Shown: positions 28,933 through 38,321, counted from the first letter of the stretch. The stretch is DNA of 64,000 bases from a bacterium (GCA_028819345.1 JAPPLW010000099.1:97333-161332), one strand, 5' to 3'. Numbers and translations: made by a program. Notes: generated by a model from the sequence alone, not told the origin.

Positions 28933-29538
28933 CTACTCCAAAACCGAATACCCGGTCCAAGTTGCCGACCACCGGGCAAGGGTGGAGAGCAATGTGTCGT
29001 AGTGGTCGGTCAAGACCAGGACTCCAATCGCCGCCAGCACCGCCTTGGCCCCTATTGCCACCCACCGGCCGTCCATCCACTTGCGGACAACCGGAAGGTA
29101 CATAACCACTGCCAGGATGGCTACCAGCGGGATCATCACTCCTATCAGATACACCCCCAACAACCAGAGCGCCGCGCCCGGCTCATCCCGCGCCCGGGTC
29201 AGTACCGCTCCCAGTTCCTCTCCCACGCATGGAAACCACGTGCTGCCGGCGAACGCTCCGATGAGGGCGGCGGCGCCCAGGCCGGCCACGCGGTGGTTCA
29301 CCATCAGCGCAAGCGCCACTCCCCCGATGACCAGCAGCGCCGTCGCCACCCGACCGGCCAGGAGGTTGGAGATGCCGGCCGCCCTGATCCAGGCCGAGAG
29401 GATGGTGAACCCGGCAAACACGCCCAGCATCCCCATGCGGTCCTTTCTTCTCAGCACCACCAATGCCAGGCCAACCAGCAGGACGGAGTAGGAGCAGGCC
29501 AGAACGCTCGAGCGGATCCCCTCCGCGAAGAGGCTCAC
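28933..29538 (-). CDS. CcdA/DsbD-like transmembrane electron-transfer protein
   Basis: Multi-TM protein with two Cys (SVLACSY, WFPCVGEELG); GTGA-coupled to the upstream redoxin. Confidence 0.7.
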   Translation of the reverse strand: MSLFAEGIRSSVLACSYSVLLVGLALVVLRRKDRMGMLGVFAGFTILSAWIRAAGISNLLAGRVATALLVIGGVALALMVNHRVAGLGAAALIGAFAGSTWFPCVGEELGAVLTRARDEPGAALWLLGVYLIGVMIPLVAILAVVMYLPVVRKWMDGRWVAIGAKAVLAAIGVLVLTDHYDTLLSTLARWSATWTGYSVLE

Positions 29539-30272
29539 ATCCCCTCTGAGAGGAGGAATGCCACGGTCTGCTCCAACTCGCGGTACTTGCCTTCCCCGAT
29601 GTGGTCGAAGCGAACCCGACCTTCCCGGTCCAGCACGTAGGTACGCGGCCAGTAGGCCGTGCCGCCCGCCTGCCACTCCCAGAAGGTCCTGCGCCTGGTG
29701 TCCAGCACCACCGGCCAGGTGACCCCCAGGTCAACCAAGGCCTTCTTGATGTTGTCCACGTCCTCTTCGTATTTGAACTCGGGGGAATGGATGCCGACGA
29801 TCTCCATACCCTGATCGCGGTACCTGCCGTACATCTCCTGGGTGTAGGGGATGCGGTTCTTGCAGTTGTAGCAGCCGAAGGTCCAGAACTCCACCACTAC
29901 CACCTTGCCGCGCAACTCCTCGAGTGTCTCGACCTCCGACTGCAACCAGCCGTCGATGTCCACCAGCCGGGGATGGACCTCTCCCAGCACCTCGGGGGTC
30001 GGAAAGGTTGTGGTGGTCGTCGAAGCAACAGTGGTCGTGGTGGTTGTGGGGACCGTGGTCACCGGGGCAGTAGCCGCGGTGGTGACCGCAGCGGCGTCCG
30101 GTTCTTCATCGGCAGCCGTGGTTGAAGCCGAGGAGGTGGTGGTCGTATCCAGCGCCGCCTCCGTCTCCGGCGCCGCCTCCTCAGGGTCTTGGGAGGTCAA
30201 CCAGGTCCATCCCAGGGCGATCACCCCTGTGGCGAGGACAGCCAGCAGAACCAGGCGCGAATCGATCTTCAT
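29535..30272 (-). CDS. Membrane-anchored redoxin (DipZ-like thioredoxin domain) with Thr-rich linker
   Basis: LRGKVVVVEFWTFGCYNCKN, VGIHSPEF, YWPRTY, HIGEG; N-terminal TM helix. Confidence 0.88.
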   Translation of the reverse strand: MKIDSRLVLLAVLATGVIALGWTWLTSQDPEEAAPETEAALDTTTTSSASTTAADEEPDAAAVTTAATAPVTTVPTTTTTTVASTTTTTFPTPEVLGEVHPRLVDIDGWLQSEVETLEELRGKVVVVEFWTFGCYNCKNRIPYTQEMYGRYRDQGMEIVGIHSPEFKYEEDVDNIKKALVDLGVTWPVVLDTRRRTFWEWQAGGTAYWPRTYVLDREGRVRFDHIGEGKYRELEQTVAFLLSEGM

Positions 30273-30327
30273 AACCGCAGAAACTAGCGAGCCTTGAGCG
30301 CTAACTCTCCTTCGAAGTTGCCGCTGC

Positions 30328-31443
30328 TCACGTATCCACCCCTGCCATGGCCAGTTCCTCCCTCACCTCCGGGGAGCTCTCCCGAGAAGCGGCGTGCCGG
30401 AGGAACATCTCCGCCCGGCGAATGGACAGCCTTACTCCCATGCGATGGACCGCCCACGCTGCATGCAACCGAAGCATCCAGTCGGGACTCCCCAGATAGC
30501 CGGCGACCAGGTCGAGGTGTTCTGCCGTCCCGGTGTTGCCCAGGGCCACCAGGGCGTTGCGGCGCAACACCCGGGGACGGCGGGAGGGTAGATAGAAGTG
30601 CTCGAACCGGCCGGTCAACTCCCGATCCGGGGTCCGCAGAAGCTTCACCAGGTCAACCGATCCTCGGGGAGAGACAGACCGATCCAGCAGGCGGGAACCG
30701 GGCGGGCAGGCCGTGAGGCACTCGTCACACCCATAGAGGCGGTCTTCCAGAAAGGGGCGCAGATCCCGAGGTATGACTCCCGGACTCTGGGCCAACGCCG
30801 CCAGGCACAACCGGGCGTCCAGCACACCGGGCGCCACGAGGGCCCCGGTTGGACAGGCGGGAAGGCATGCCACACAACTCCCGCAGTTCCGCTCCATGAG
30901 TCCCGAGACCGGCAATCGGGCGTCGGTCACAACCGATCCGATCAGAAACCAGGGTCCCACCCCCGGCGACAGAATCATCGTGCTCTTCCCCCACCACCCC
31001 ACTCCGGCTCTCACGGCCGCCGCGCGGTCCACCAGGCGGGAATCGTCGACCAGAACCTCGGAGCGGAACCCGGCCTCCCCCAGTTCGACGGACAGTCTCT
31101 CCAGGCCGGACCGCAGGGGCTGGTAGGCGTCGGTGACCGCGAAACGGGCTACCCGTCCCCGACCGGCTAGGGCCGGGCCCGGATCGCCTGCATCAGGAAG
31201 GTACGACCGGATCCCCACCACCAGTCGCTCCGCCCAGGGGAAGGTACGGCGGACATCGGTGGAGACATCCGGATCGGTGAAGGTGAAACCCAGCCGAGCC
31301 GACATCCCCGTGGACTTGCGAGAACCGATGGTGAGCCGGGTGGCGGCGAATGGATCGGCGGTACAGACCCCGACCCTGTCCAGTCCCACCTCCGCGGCCA
31401 GGGCGGTCAGTCGGGCGGTCAGACCGGCGAGCTTGCCATCCAC
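30328..31443 (-). CDS. queG: Epoxyqueuosine reductase
   Basis: GRVARFA, DRAAAVRAGVGWWGK, CGSCVACLPACPTGAL, GCDECLTACP, RRNALVALGN. Confidence 0.9.
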   Translation of the reverse strand: MDGKLAGLTARLTALAAEVGLDRVGVCTADPFAATRLTIGSRKSTGMSARLGFTFTDPDVSTDVRRTFPWAERLVVGIRSYLPDAGDPGPALAGRGRVARFAVTDAYQPLRSGLERLSVELGEAGFRSEVLVDDSRLVDRAAAVRAGVGWWGKSTMILSPGVGPWFLIGSVVTDARLPVSGLMERNCGSCVACLPACPTGALVAPGVLDARLCLAALAQSPGVIPRDLRPFLEDRLYGCDECLTACPPGSRLLDRSVSPRGSVDLVKLLRTPDRELTGRFEHFYLPSRRPRVLRRNALVALGNTGTAEHLDLVAGYLGSPDWMLRLHAAWAVHRMGVRLSIRRAEMFLRHAASRESSPEVREELAMAGVDT

Positions 31444-32675
31444 TCCGCCAACGCCTCCGAAGCGAGAATGACCGCGCCGTGCGTCCGGCTACGTTCCGCC
31501 AGACCGTTGTCGCTGGTGATGACCGCCACCCTCTCCCCCGTCCGCCCGGCGGCTTCCCTGGCGATGGCGTCATCGGCGTCCTCCACGTAGAAGCCGGTCA
31601 GGCGACGGCTTCTGAAGCGATTGTCCCAGTCTGGGTCCAACCCGCTCACATGACGGGAGTCCAGGTAGAAGAGGACCTGGTGGCGGCCGATCGAGTACTC
31701 GGCCAGATTGTCCAGTTTGTTGGTGATGAACTCAATCGTCCGCGGGTCCGGTTTGCCGGGAACGTGCCGGTGAGAGTTCCAGTAGTGAGCGGCGTTCCAC
31801 CCATCCACCACCAGGATCAGCCGGGGAGCTTCGTAATAAATCCACTGCATCGCCCCACCCGACTTGGGATCCACGCCCGGTGGCAGCTCCAGCAGCCCGG
31901 GACGCGTCTCGTCCCGTTCGGGCTGGGAATCCGAGCCCACCTCCCAGAAGCTCACCATCTGATCCAACATCCGAGCCGCTTCCAGGGGATCTCGGCTGAA
32001 TCCGACTTCTCCCCCGGTGCCGGGGCTCGAACGAGCGGGAACAGGTTTCGTCTTCGAACTGTATCGCCTGCGCAGTTCGTCATACCGGCGGTCGGCCTCG
32101 GTCAGTTCGTCCCAGGCTGCGTTAGTCTCCCTCTCCCATCTGGCCGACTCCCTGCTCCCCTCTGAGACCTTTCTCTCCAGTTGGCAGATTCGCTCCCGGG
32201 CGCGCCTCAGGTCCCTTCTCAACTGATCGGTGCGCTGTCGTGTGCCCTTCTCAGCCAGCCGCCGCTGTTCAGCCAACTGGCTCTTGAGCAACCTCACTTC
32301 CGACTGCGCCTCCCCTAGGCTCGCCCTGAGCCCGTCGGCGTCCGATAGGGCCTCTTGCCGCTCTACCTCGGCCAAATGACCCCGGGCACGGAACTCCCAG
32401 CCCTCCGACCTCTCCAGAAACAGCACCGAGGCGGCGGTCCGGGGATCGGTCCTGTTCTCTCTGGCAGCGTCCCAACCGCTCAGGGTGGCTTGGCGAAAGC
32501 CTGCGTCTCTTTCGAGTTCCCGGAAGAGTGCCTGGGCCTCGATGGGCGTAAGCCTCCGCGACGAAGAACTGCGGGTCCTGCGGAGATTGTGGGGTACCTC
32601 ATCCGGTCGCATAGCCTTGATCACCCTCCGGGCCTCCTCCAAAGCAAGCCGAAAGTCTTCAGGCCGAAAATTCAT
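31419..32675 (-). CDS. Coiled-coil protein with C-terminal NYN/PIN (YacP-like) RNase domain
   Basis: Central coiled coil; LVVDGWN, ADDAI, VITSDNGL, GAVILASEAL acidic NYN motifs. Confidence 0.7.
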   Translation of the reverse strand: MNFRPEDFRLALEEARRVIKAMRPDEVPHNLRRTRSSSSRRLTPIEAQALFRELERDAGFRQATLSGWDAARENRTDPRTAASVLFLERSEGWEFRARGHLAEVERQEALSDADGLRASLGEAQSEVRLLKSQLAEQRRLAEKGTRQRTDQLRRDLRRARERICQLERKVSEGSRESARWERETNAAWDELTEADRRYDELRRRYSSKTKPVPARSSPGTGGEVGFSRDPLEAARMLDQMVSFWEVGSDSQPERDETRPGLLELPPGVDPKSGGAMQWIYYEAPRLILVVDGWNAAHYWNSHRHVPGKPDPRTIEFITNKLDNLAEYSIGRHQVLFYLDSRHVSGLDPDWDNRFRSRRLTGFYVEDADDAIAREAAGRTGERVAVITSDNGLAERSRTHGAVILASEALAEWMASSPV

Positions 32676-32770
32676 GATCTAGGGCTGCCTTCACATCTTT
32701 AAAGATACGGCCACGGGCGCCATTTGCACTTCTACAGGCAGCAACGGGACATCAATTCCGCCTATTCGAG

Positions 32771-32799
32771 TTGCAAGGTTGCGAACAAGAGACCATAAT
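32771..32799 (+). promoter_or_regulatory. ilv operon promoter
   Basis: TTGCAA (32771-76), 17 nt, CATAAT (32794-99), about 9 nt before the leader-peptide ATG. Confidence 0.65.
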
Positions 32800-32808
32800 G
32801 TCCAATCA

Positions 32809-32844
32809 ATGAGAAACATCCACCTGTTGCTGGTACTCGAATAG
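32809..32844 (+). CDS. ilvL: ilvB operon leader (attenuator) peptide MRNIHLLLVLE
   Basis: 11-codon uORF with 6 Ile/Leu/Val codons immediately before two hairpins and ilvB. Confidence 0.75.
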   Translation: MRNIHLLLVLE

Positions 32845-32872
32845 CGTACGCGCATAAACCGCGTGTGCGCTG

Positions 32873-32907
32873 AATCCCTCCCCCAAAAGGAGGGATTTCT
32901 CTTTGTT
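32873..32907 (+). terminator. Attenuator terminator upstream of ilvB
   Basis: AATCCCTCC-cccaaaa-GGAGGGATT stem followed by TCTCTTTGTT; preceded by hairpin AGCGTACGCGC/GCGTGTGCGCT (32843-32871). Confidence 0.75.
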
Positions 32908-32929
32908 AGCCTCACGAAAGCCAACCACC

Positions 32930-34633
32930 ATGACAACAATCACCGGATCGCAATCGGTTATCTCCTCGCTGGAGCACGAGGGCGTAGATCTGATATTCGG
33001 CATTCCGGGTGGGGCAATCCTCCCCGCTTACGACCCTCTTTATTCCAGCCCTATCCGCCACATCCTGGCACGCCACGAACAAGGCGCCGGCCATATGGCG
33101 GCCGGTTACGCATGGGCCACCGGCCGCGTGGGCGTATGCGTCGCCACATCGGGACCCGGAGCGACCAACTTGGTGACTCCTCTGGCAGACGCGCTGATGG
33201 ACTCTGTGCCCATGGTCGCCATCACCGGGCAGGTCCCGACCCACGCAGTCGGGAACGACGCCTTCCAAGAGGCTTACACGGTGGGGATCACCATGCCTAC
33301 CACAAAACACAACTACTTCGTCACCGATCCCGATGAAATCCCGACCGTTATCCGCCAAGCCTTTCACCTTGCCTCCTCCGGTCGGCCGGGGCCGGTGCTG
33401 GTGGATCTTCCCAAGGACGTGCTGAATCAGGAGACCGAGTGGTATCCACCCCAAGACCTGGAACTTCCCGGTTACAAACCCACTTTGGACGGCCATCCGC
33501 GGCGGGTGAAGGAGGCAGTCGAGATGCTGGCGGCCAGCCGGCGACCGGTGCTGTACGTGGGGGGAGGCATAATCAAGTCAGAGGCTTCCGAGGCATTGAC
33601 CCGGTTTGCGGAGATCACCAATATTCCGGTGGTGACCACCCTGATGGGAAGGGGCGCCATTCCCGACAGCCATCCGCTGTGTCTGGGGATGCCGGGGATG
33701 CATGGCAATTACACAGCCATCACCTCCATGCAGAAGTGCGACGTCCTGGCCGCTTTCGGGGTCCGCTTCGACGACCGGGTGACCGGCGATCCCAATCACT
33801 TCGCGGTCGACGCAAAGATAATCCACGCCGATGTCGATCCCGCCGAGATAGGCAAGGTGCGAACCGCGGACATCCCGATCGTGGCGGACGCCCGCCGGGT
33901 GTTGACGCAGATGATCAAGGCCTGGGGAGACCGTCCCCCGGTCGCCAATCAAGAGTGGTGGGAAACCATACGGGAATGGCAGACCAAGTACCCCCTCTCC
34001 TACGACCAGCAACCGGATGGCCCGATCAAGCCCCAGTTCGTGATAGATGAGTTGGCCAGGGTTACCGGAGGGGACGCCATCCTGGTGGCGGGAGTCGGCC
34101 AGCACCAGATGTGGGCCTCGCAATTCTGGAATTTCGATCGTCCGCGCCGCTGGATCAACTCCGGGGGCCTGGGAACCATGGGTTTCGCCGTCCCGGCCGC
34201 GATCGGCGCCAAGGCAGGGATGCCGGATGAACTCGTCTACGCGGTGGACGGCGACGGGTGCTTCCAGATGACCTTCCAGGAATTGATCGCCGCCGCCGCC
34301 CACCAGATCCCCGTCAAGGTGGCGGTGTTCAACAACGGCGCCCACGGGATGGTCAAGCAGTGGCAGAAGCTCTTCTACGGAGGACGGCTCTCGGCAAGCC
34401 TGCTCAATTCCGAGGTAGTGGACTACGTGAAACTGGCTGAGGGAATGGGCTGCATCGGGCTGAGGGCGGAGGCGCCGGAGGAGGTGGGCCCCACCCTTGA
34501 GAAGTCCCTGACCATCGACGACCGCCCGGTGGTGGTGGAAATGGTGGTCGACCCCGACGAGATGGTGTTCCCAATGGTCCCCGCCGGAGGCTCCAACGAC
34601 AACGTGATCCTGGGACCGGAGCCGGGGGACTGA
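32930..34633 (+). CDS. ilvB: Acetolactate synthase large subunit
   Basis: FGIPGGAILP, RHEQGAGH, TSGPGATN, GMPGMHG, RFDDRVTG, SGGLGTMG, DGDGCFQM. Confidence 0.96.
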   Translation: MTTITGSQSVISSLEHEGVDLIFGIPGGAILPAYDPLYSSPIRHILARHEQGAGHMAAGYAWATGRVGVCVATSGPGATNLVTPLADALMDSVPMVAITGQVPTHAVGNDAFQEAYTVGITMPTTKHNYFVTDPDEIPTVIRQAFHLASSGRPGPVLVDLPKDVLNQETEWYPPQDLELPGYKPTLDGHPRRVKEAVEMLAASRRPVLYVGGGIIKSEASEALTRFAEITNIPVVTTLMGRGAIPDSHPLCLGMPGMHGNYTAITSMQKCDVLAAFGVRFDDRVTGDPNHFAVDAKIIHADVDPAEIGKVRTADIPIVADARRVLTQMIKAWGDRPPVANQEWWETIREWQTKYPLSYDQQPDGPIKPQFVIDELARVTGGDAILVAGVGQHQMWASQFWNFDRPRRWINSGGLGTMGFAVPAAIGAKAGMPDELVYAVDGDGCFQMTFQELIAAAAHQIPVKVAVFNNGAHGMVKQWQKLFYGGRLSASLLNSEVVDYVKLAEGMGCIGLRAEAPEEVGPTLEKSLTIDDRPVVVEMVVDPDEMVFPMVPAGGSNDNVILGPEPGD

Positions 34634-34635
34634 CG

Positions 34636-35160
34636 GTGACGGTACTACCACACCCACCCCGCCATACGTTGAGCCTGGTTGTGGAGAATCGCCCGGGAGT
34701 GCTGGCCAGGGTCTCCTCTTGCCTGGCCCGCCGAGGGTTCAACATCCATTCGCTGGCCGTGGGCCCAACCATCGATCCGGGCCTATCCCGCATTACCGTG
34801 GTGGTGGAGTCCGAGAAGATCGAACAGGTGAAGAAGCAGCTGCACAAGCTGATCAACGTGATCAGGATCTTCGAACTCGAGCCCTCCATGGCGGTGGAGC
34901 GAGAGACCATGCTGATCCGTGTCGCGGCAATCGGTAACGCTCGTTCCGAGGCAATTGAAGTAGCCAATATCTTCAAAGCGACCGTGGTGGACGTGGGATA
35001 CAACAGCCTTACCTTCGAAGTGACGGGTCGACCTGCGAAGCTCAACGACCTCATCGAGCTTCTGCGGCCGTTCGGTGTGGTGGAACTGGTCAAGTCGGGG
35101 CGGATTGCCATCGGGCGGGCCGCCAAGAGCAAGCCCTCCCGGATGAGGGCGGTGGGATAG
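34636..35160 (+). CDS. ilvN: Acetolactate synthase small regulatory subunit
   Basis: LVENRPGVLARV, RRGFNIHSLAVG, KQLHKLINV, ELVKSGRIA. Confidence 0.95.
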   Translation: MTVLPHPPRHTLSLVVENRPGVLARVSSCLARRGFNIHSLAVGPTIDPGLSRITVVVESEKIEQVKKQLHKLINVIRIFELEPSMAVERETMLIRVAAIGNARSEAIEVANIFKATVVDVGYNSLTFEVTGRPAKLNDLIELLRPFGVVELVKSGRIAIGRAAKSKPSRMRAVG

Positions 35161-35175
35161 GCGGTGAGAGCTTAA

Positions 35176-36180
35176 GTGGCGGAGATCTTCTATGACAAGG
35201 ATGCGGATCCCGAGGTAATCAAGGACCGCAAGGTCGCCGTGATCGGCTATGGGAGCCAGGGACACGCTCATGCTCTCAACCTGTCCGAGTCCGGGGTGGA
35301 AGTGGTGGTGGGCCTGCGACCCGATTCGGCCCGGCGCTCCCAGGTCCTGGACGACGGGCTGGCGGTGATGGATCCTCCTGACGCCGCCGAGTGGGCCGAC
35401 GTCGTCACGATGCTGGTCCCGGACCAACTCATGGCGGACTTCTACAACGCCCGGATCGCCGACCGGATGGAGCCCGGCAACGCCTTGCTGTTCGCCCACG
35501 GTTTCAACATCCACTTTGGGGAGATAACGCCCGCCGCCGACCTCGATGTGCTGATGGTCGCGCCCAAGGGCCCCGGTCATCTGGTGCGGCGCACCTACAC
35601 GGAGGGGTCCGGGGTTCCCTGCCTGCTTGCCATCCACCAGGACGCCACCGGGTCCGCATTCGAGTTGGGTATGTCCTATTCCTGGGGAATAGGCGGGGCC
35701 CGGGCCGGCGTGCTGCAGACCACCTTCCGGGAGGAGACCGAGACCGATCTCTTCGGCGAGCAGGTAATCCTGTGCGGCGGCGTCTCCCAGTTGATCAAGG
35801 CCTCCTATGAAACGCTGGTGGAGGCGGGTTACGAGCCCGAGTCCGCCTACTTCGAGACTCTTCACGAGTTGAAGCTGATCGTGGACCTCCTGTACGAGGG
35901 GGGGCTGTCCTGGATGCGCTACTCCGTCTCCGACACCGCCGAGTACGGCGACTACACCCGGGGCGCGCGGATCATCACCGATGAGAGCCGCGCCGAGATG
36001 AAAAGGGTGCTGGCGGAGATACAGTCCGGCGCCTTTGCCCGCGAGTGGATGGCCCAGGCCCGGGAGGGGGCTCCCTACCTTTTGGAGCAGCGGGCCGCCA
36101 ACCGGTCGCATCCCATCGAAGAGGTGGGACGTGAACTTCGTCAAATGATGCCCTTCCTCGACCCCAAGGCGCCCGAGTGA
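35176..36180 (+). CDS. ilvC: Ketol-acid reductoisomerase
   Basis: [47 protein letters not shown]. Confidence 0.97.
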   Translation: MAEIFYDKDADPEVIKDRKVAVIGYGSQGHAHALNLSESGVEVVVGLRPDSARRSQVLDDGLAVMDPPDAAEWADVVTMLVPDQLMADFYNARIADRMEPGNALLFAHGFNIHFGEITPAADLDVLMVAPKGPGHLVRRTYTEGSGVPCLLAIHQDATGSAFELGMSYSWGIGGARAGVLQTTFREETETDLFGEQVILCGGVSQLIKASYETLVEAGYEPESAYFETLHELKLIVDLLYEGGLSWMRYSVSDTAEYGDYTRGARIITDESRAEMKRVLAEIQSGAFAREWMAQAREGAPYLLEQRAANRSHPIEEVGRELRQMMPFLDPKAPE

Positions 36181-36200
36181 ATCGCGCCGGGGTCCTGACA

Positions 36201-36300
36201 ATGGACGGAACGCTGGCCCAGGGTTGTCTGGCGCTGACTCGGCCGGGCGGCGGTCTTCGCCGGCCCGGCCTTCACACCCTCTAGGCCCCAGCCCTCAACC
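36201..36300 (+). promoter_or_regulatory. Structured leader upstream of leuA with a possible Leu-containing uORF
   Basis: ATG 36201 to TAG 36284 (27 aa, 6 Leu) and a GC-rich hairpin 36241-36270 (GGCCGGGCGGCG/CGCCGGCCCGGCC). Confidence 0.35.
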
Positions 36301-36318
36301 CCACAAACAGGAGCCTCC

Positions 36319-37833
36319 ATGTCAGACAGATTGATCATTTTCGACACGACCTTGCGAGACGGGGAGCAAGCCCCCGGCATCGCCCTGACGCCGGACGAAA
36401 AACTCGTGATCGCCCACCAGTTGGCTCGCCTGCGGGTGGATGTTCTGGAAGCCGGATTCGCAGCCTCCTCCTCCGGTGATTTCCGAGCGGTCTCACAGAT
36501 AGCCGCCGAGGTGAAGGGACCGGTGATCGCCAGCCTGGCCCGCGCTCACCCCGACGACATCGACCAGGCTTGGGATGCGCTGCGCCATGCCGATCGGGCC
36601 CGCATCCATGTGTTCATGTCCACATCCCCGATCCACATGGAACGGATGTTGCGCATGACCCCCACGGAGGTGCTGAAGGCCTCGGTAGAGGGGGTCCGGC
36701 GGGCGCGCCGATACACCGACGACGTGGAATTCTCCCCCCAGGACGCCACCCGCTCCGACCATGAGTTCCTGGTGGATGTGTGCCGGGCGGCCGTGGAGGC
36801 CGGCGCCACCACCTTAAATATTCCCGACACGGTGGGATACGCCACCCCAGCCGAGTTCGTGGAGTTGATGAAGCGTATCTACGCGGAGGTGCGAGGCGAC
36901 CGGAGCGACGTCACCATCTCGGTTCACTGTCACGACGATCTGGGGCTGGCGGTGGCGAACTCGCTTTCGGCCATCTCGGCAGGAGCGCGGCAGATCGAAG
37001 GAGCGGTGAACGGCATCGGCGAGCGGGCCGGCAACACCTCCATCGAGGAGATCATCATGGCCATCAAGACCCGCCAGGACGTCTTCGGCGTGGAGATAGG
37101 AGCGGACACCACCCAGATCTTTGACACCTCCCGGCTGGTTTCCCGGCTGACCGGTTACCCGGTGCAGTTCAACAAGGCAGTGGTGGGCCGCAACGCCTTC
37201 GCCCACGAGTCGGGCATCCACCAGCACGGCGTGCTCCGGGACCGGGAGACCTACGAGATTATGAACGCCGAGTCCATCGGGCAGACAGGCGCCCAGATCA
37301 TTCTCGGCAAGCACTCCGGCCGGGCGGGCTTTGCCGACGCCCTGGCAAACCTGGACCTCTCCCTGGAAGAGGACGAGTTCAACCAGGCCTTCGAGAAGTT
37401 CAAGGCAATGGCCGACCGGAAGCTGGAGATCGGCGAACGCGAGCTGCGGGCAATCGCGGCCACCGGTTTGTCTCAATCGTCCGAAGCCGAGGTGAGGATC
37501 GCCGGCATCAACGTGTCCGGGGGCCATGACACCACCCCCACTGCCGTGGTCACCCTGGAGAAGGGAGGCGTCACCTCCGATTACACCGGACATGGGGACG
37601 GAATGGTCCACGCCGCATTTTCGGCTATCAAACAATGCTTTGGCATTGAAGCCCGGTTGGTCGACTACCGGGTTGTGCCCGTCACTTCGGGAGCGGACGC
37701 CATGGCCGAGGTGAACGTGGTGGTCAGGGTCGTTGACAACACCTACTCGGGAAAGGCGGTCTCAACCGACGTGGTGGAGGGATCAGCCGAGGCGTTCGTG
37801 GACGCTCTGAACCGCGCCGTGGGCGCCAAATGA
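36319..37833 (+). CDS. leuA: 2-isopropylmalate synthase
   Basis: FDTTLRDGEQ, NIPDTVG, HCHDDLG, GIGERAGN, AFAHESGIHQHG, C-terminal regulatory domain; SD AGGAG. Confidence 0.96.
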   Translation: MSDRLIIFDTTLRDGEQAPGIALTPDEKLVIAHQLARLRVDVLEAGFAASSSGDFRAVSQIAAEVKGPVIASLARAHPDDIDQAWDALRHADRARIHVFMSTSPIHMERMLRMTPTEVLKASVEGVRRARRYTDDVEFSPQDATRSDHEFLVDVCRAAVEAGATTLNIPDTVGYATPAEFVELMKRIYAEVRGDRSDVTISVHCHDDLGLAVANSLSAISAGARQIEGAVNGIGERAGNTSIEEIIMAIKTRQDVFGVEIGADTTQIFDTSRLVSRLTGYPVQFNKAVVGRNAFAHESGIHQHGVLRDRETYEIMNAESIGQTGAQIILGKHSGRAGFADALANLDLSLEEDEFNQAFEKFKAMADRKLEIGERELRAIAATGLSQSSEAEVRIAGINVSGGHDTTPTAVVTLEKGGVTSDYTGHGDGMVHAAFSAIKQCFGIEARLVDYRVVPVTSGADAMAEVNVVVRVVDNTYSGKAVSTDVVEGSAEAFVDALNRAVGAK

Positions 37834-37935
37834 CAACGTAGCGTTCCCACTCCTCTTTCGATGTGGTGAGAACAGGGAGGGACCTTCGGCCTTTGCCCAA
37901 CAGTGAGAGGGGAATGCATGGTACCTTGTATTCCC

Positions 37936-38205
37936 ATGCGTCGCAGAGATTCCGGCATAGCAAGAATCCTCCGGGAAGCCCGCACCGGCCAAGGACTCAG
38001 TCAGCGGGAACTGGGCCAGAGATCCGGGCTTACGCAGGCACAAATCTCGCTGATCGAGAATGGAGAGGTCGACTCGCGGCTTTCCAGCCTGATCGCTGTG
38101 GTCGACGTGCTGGGACTCGACCTGACCCTCACCCCCCGACCTCCCTCCTCGGCCCCTCCCCCCACGCAGTCGGCCCCTCCCCCCACGCAGGAGGATAAGC
38201 CTTAG
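37936..38205 (+). CDS. XRE/Cro-family HTH protein (HipB-like)
   Basis: LREARTGQGLSQRELGQRSGLTQAQISLIENG...RLSSL; TACCTT -10 box 8 nt upstream of ATG. Confidence 0.85.
   Translation: MRRRDSGIARILREARTGQGLSQRELGQRSGLTQAQISLIENGEVDSRLSSLIAVVDVLGLDLTLTPRPPSSAPPPTQSAPPPTQEDKP
38149..38190 (+). repeat. Perfect 21-bp tandem duplication (TCGGCCCCTCCCCCCACGCAG x2) in the XRE C-terminal tail
   Basis: Two identical adjacent copies encoding SAPPPTQ SAPPPTQ. Confidence 0.9.
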
Positions 38206-38321
38206 ACCTGGAGCAAGGCTCCATAGAACAAACCGGCGCTCCGGTATCGGAGGAAGCCAAGCACTTCGAGTTCACCGACGAATTGACGTGATCCGGCGCC
38301 GGTCGATTAATATGTCTCGCA

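Noticed and set aside
30000-30150. GGT/GTG-rich quasi-repeats (also 44270-44380) as a possible repeat array or CRISPR
   Set aside because: They encode Thr-rich linkers of exported proteins; there is no constant repeat-spacer periodicity and no cas genes
34783-36201. Long antisense ORFs (also 56689-58491, 27097-28464, 23763-24947, 33578-34657, 2034-3110 and others)
   Set aside because: Typical high-GC shadow frames opposite well-conserved genes, with no recognisable motifs
37840-37920. Possible riboswitch or ribozyme after leuA
   Set aside because: Only imperfect pairing; I could not match glycine-riboswitch, hammerhead or other known consensus motifs
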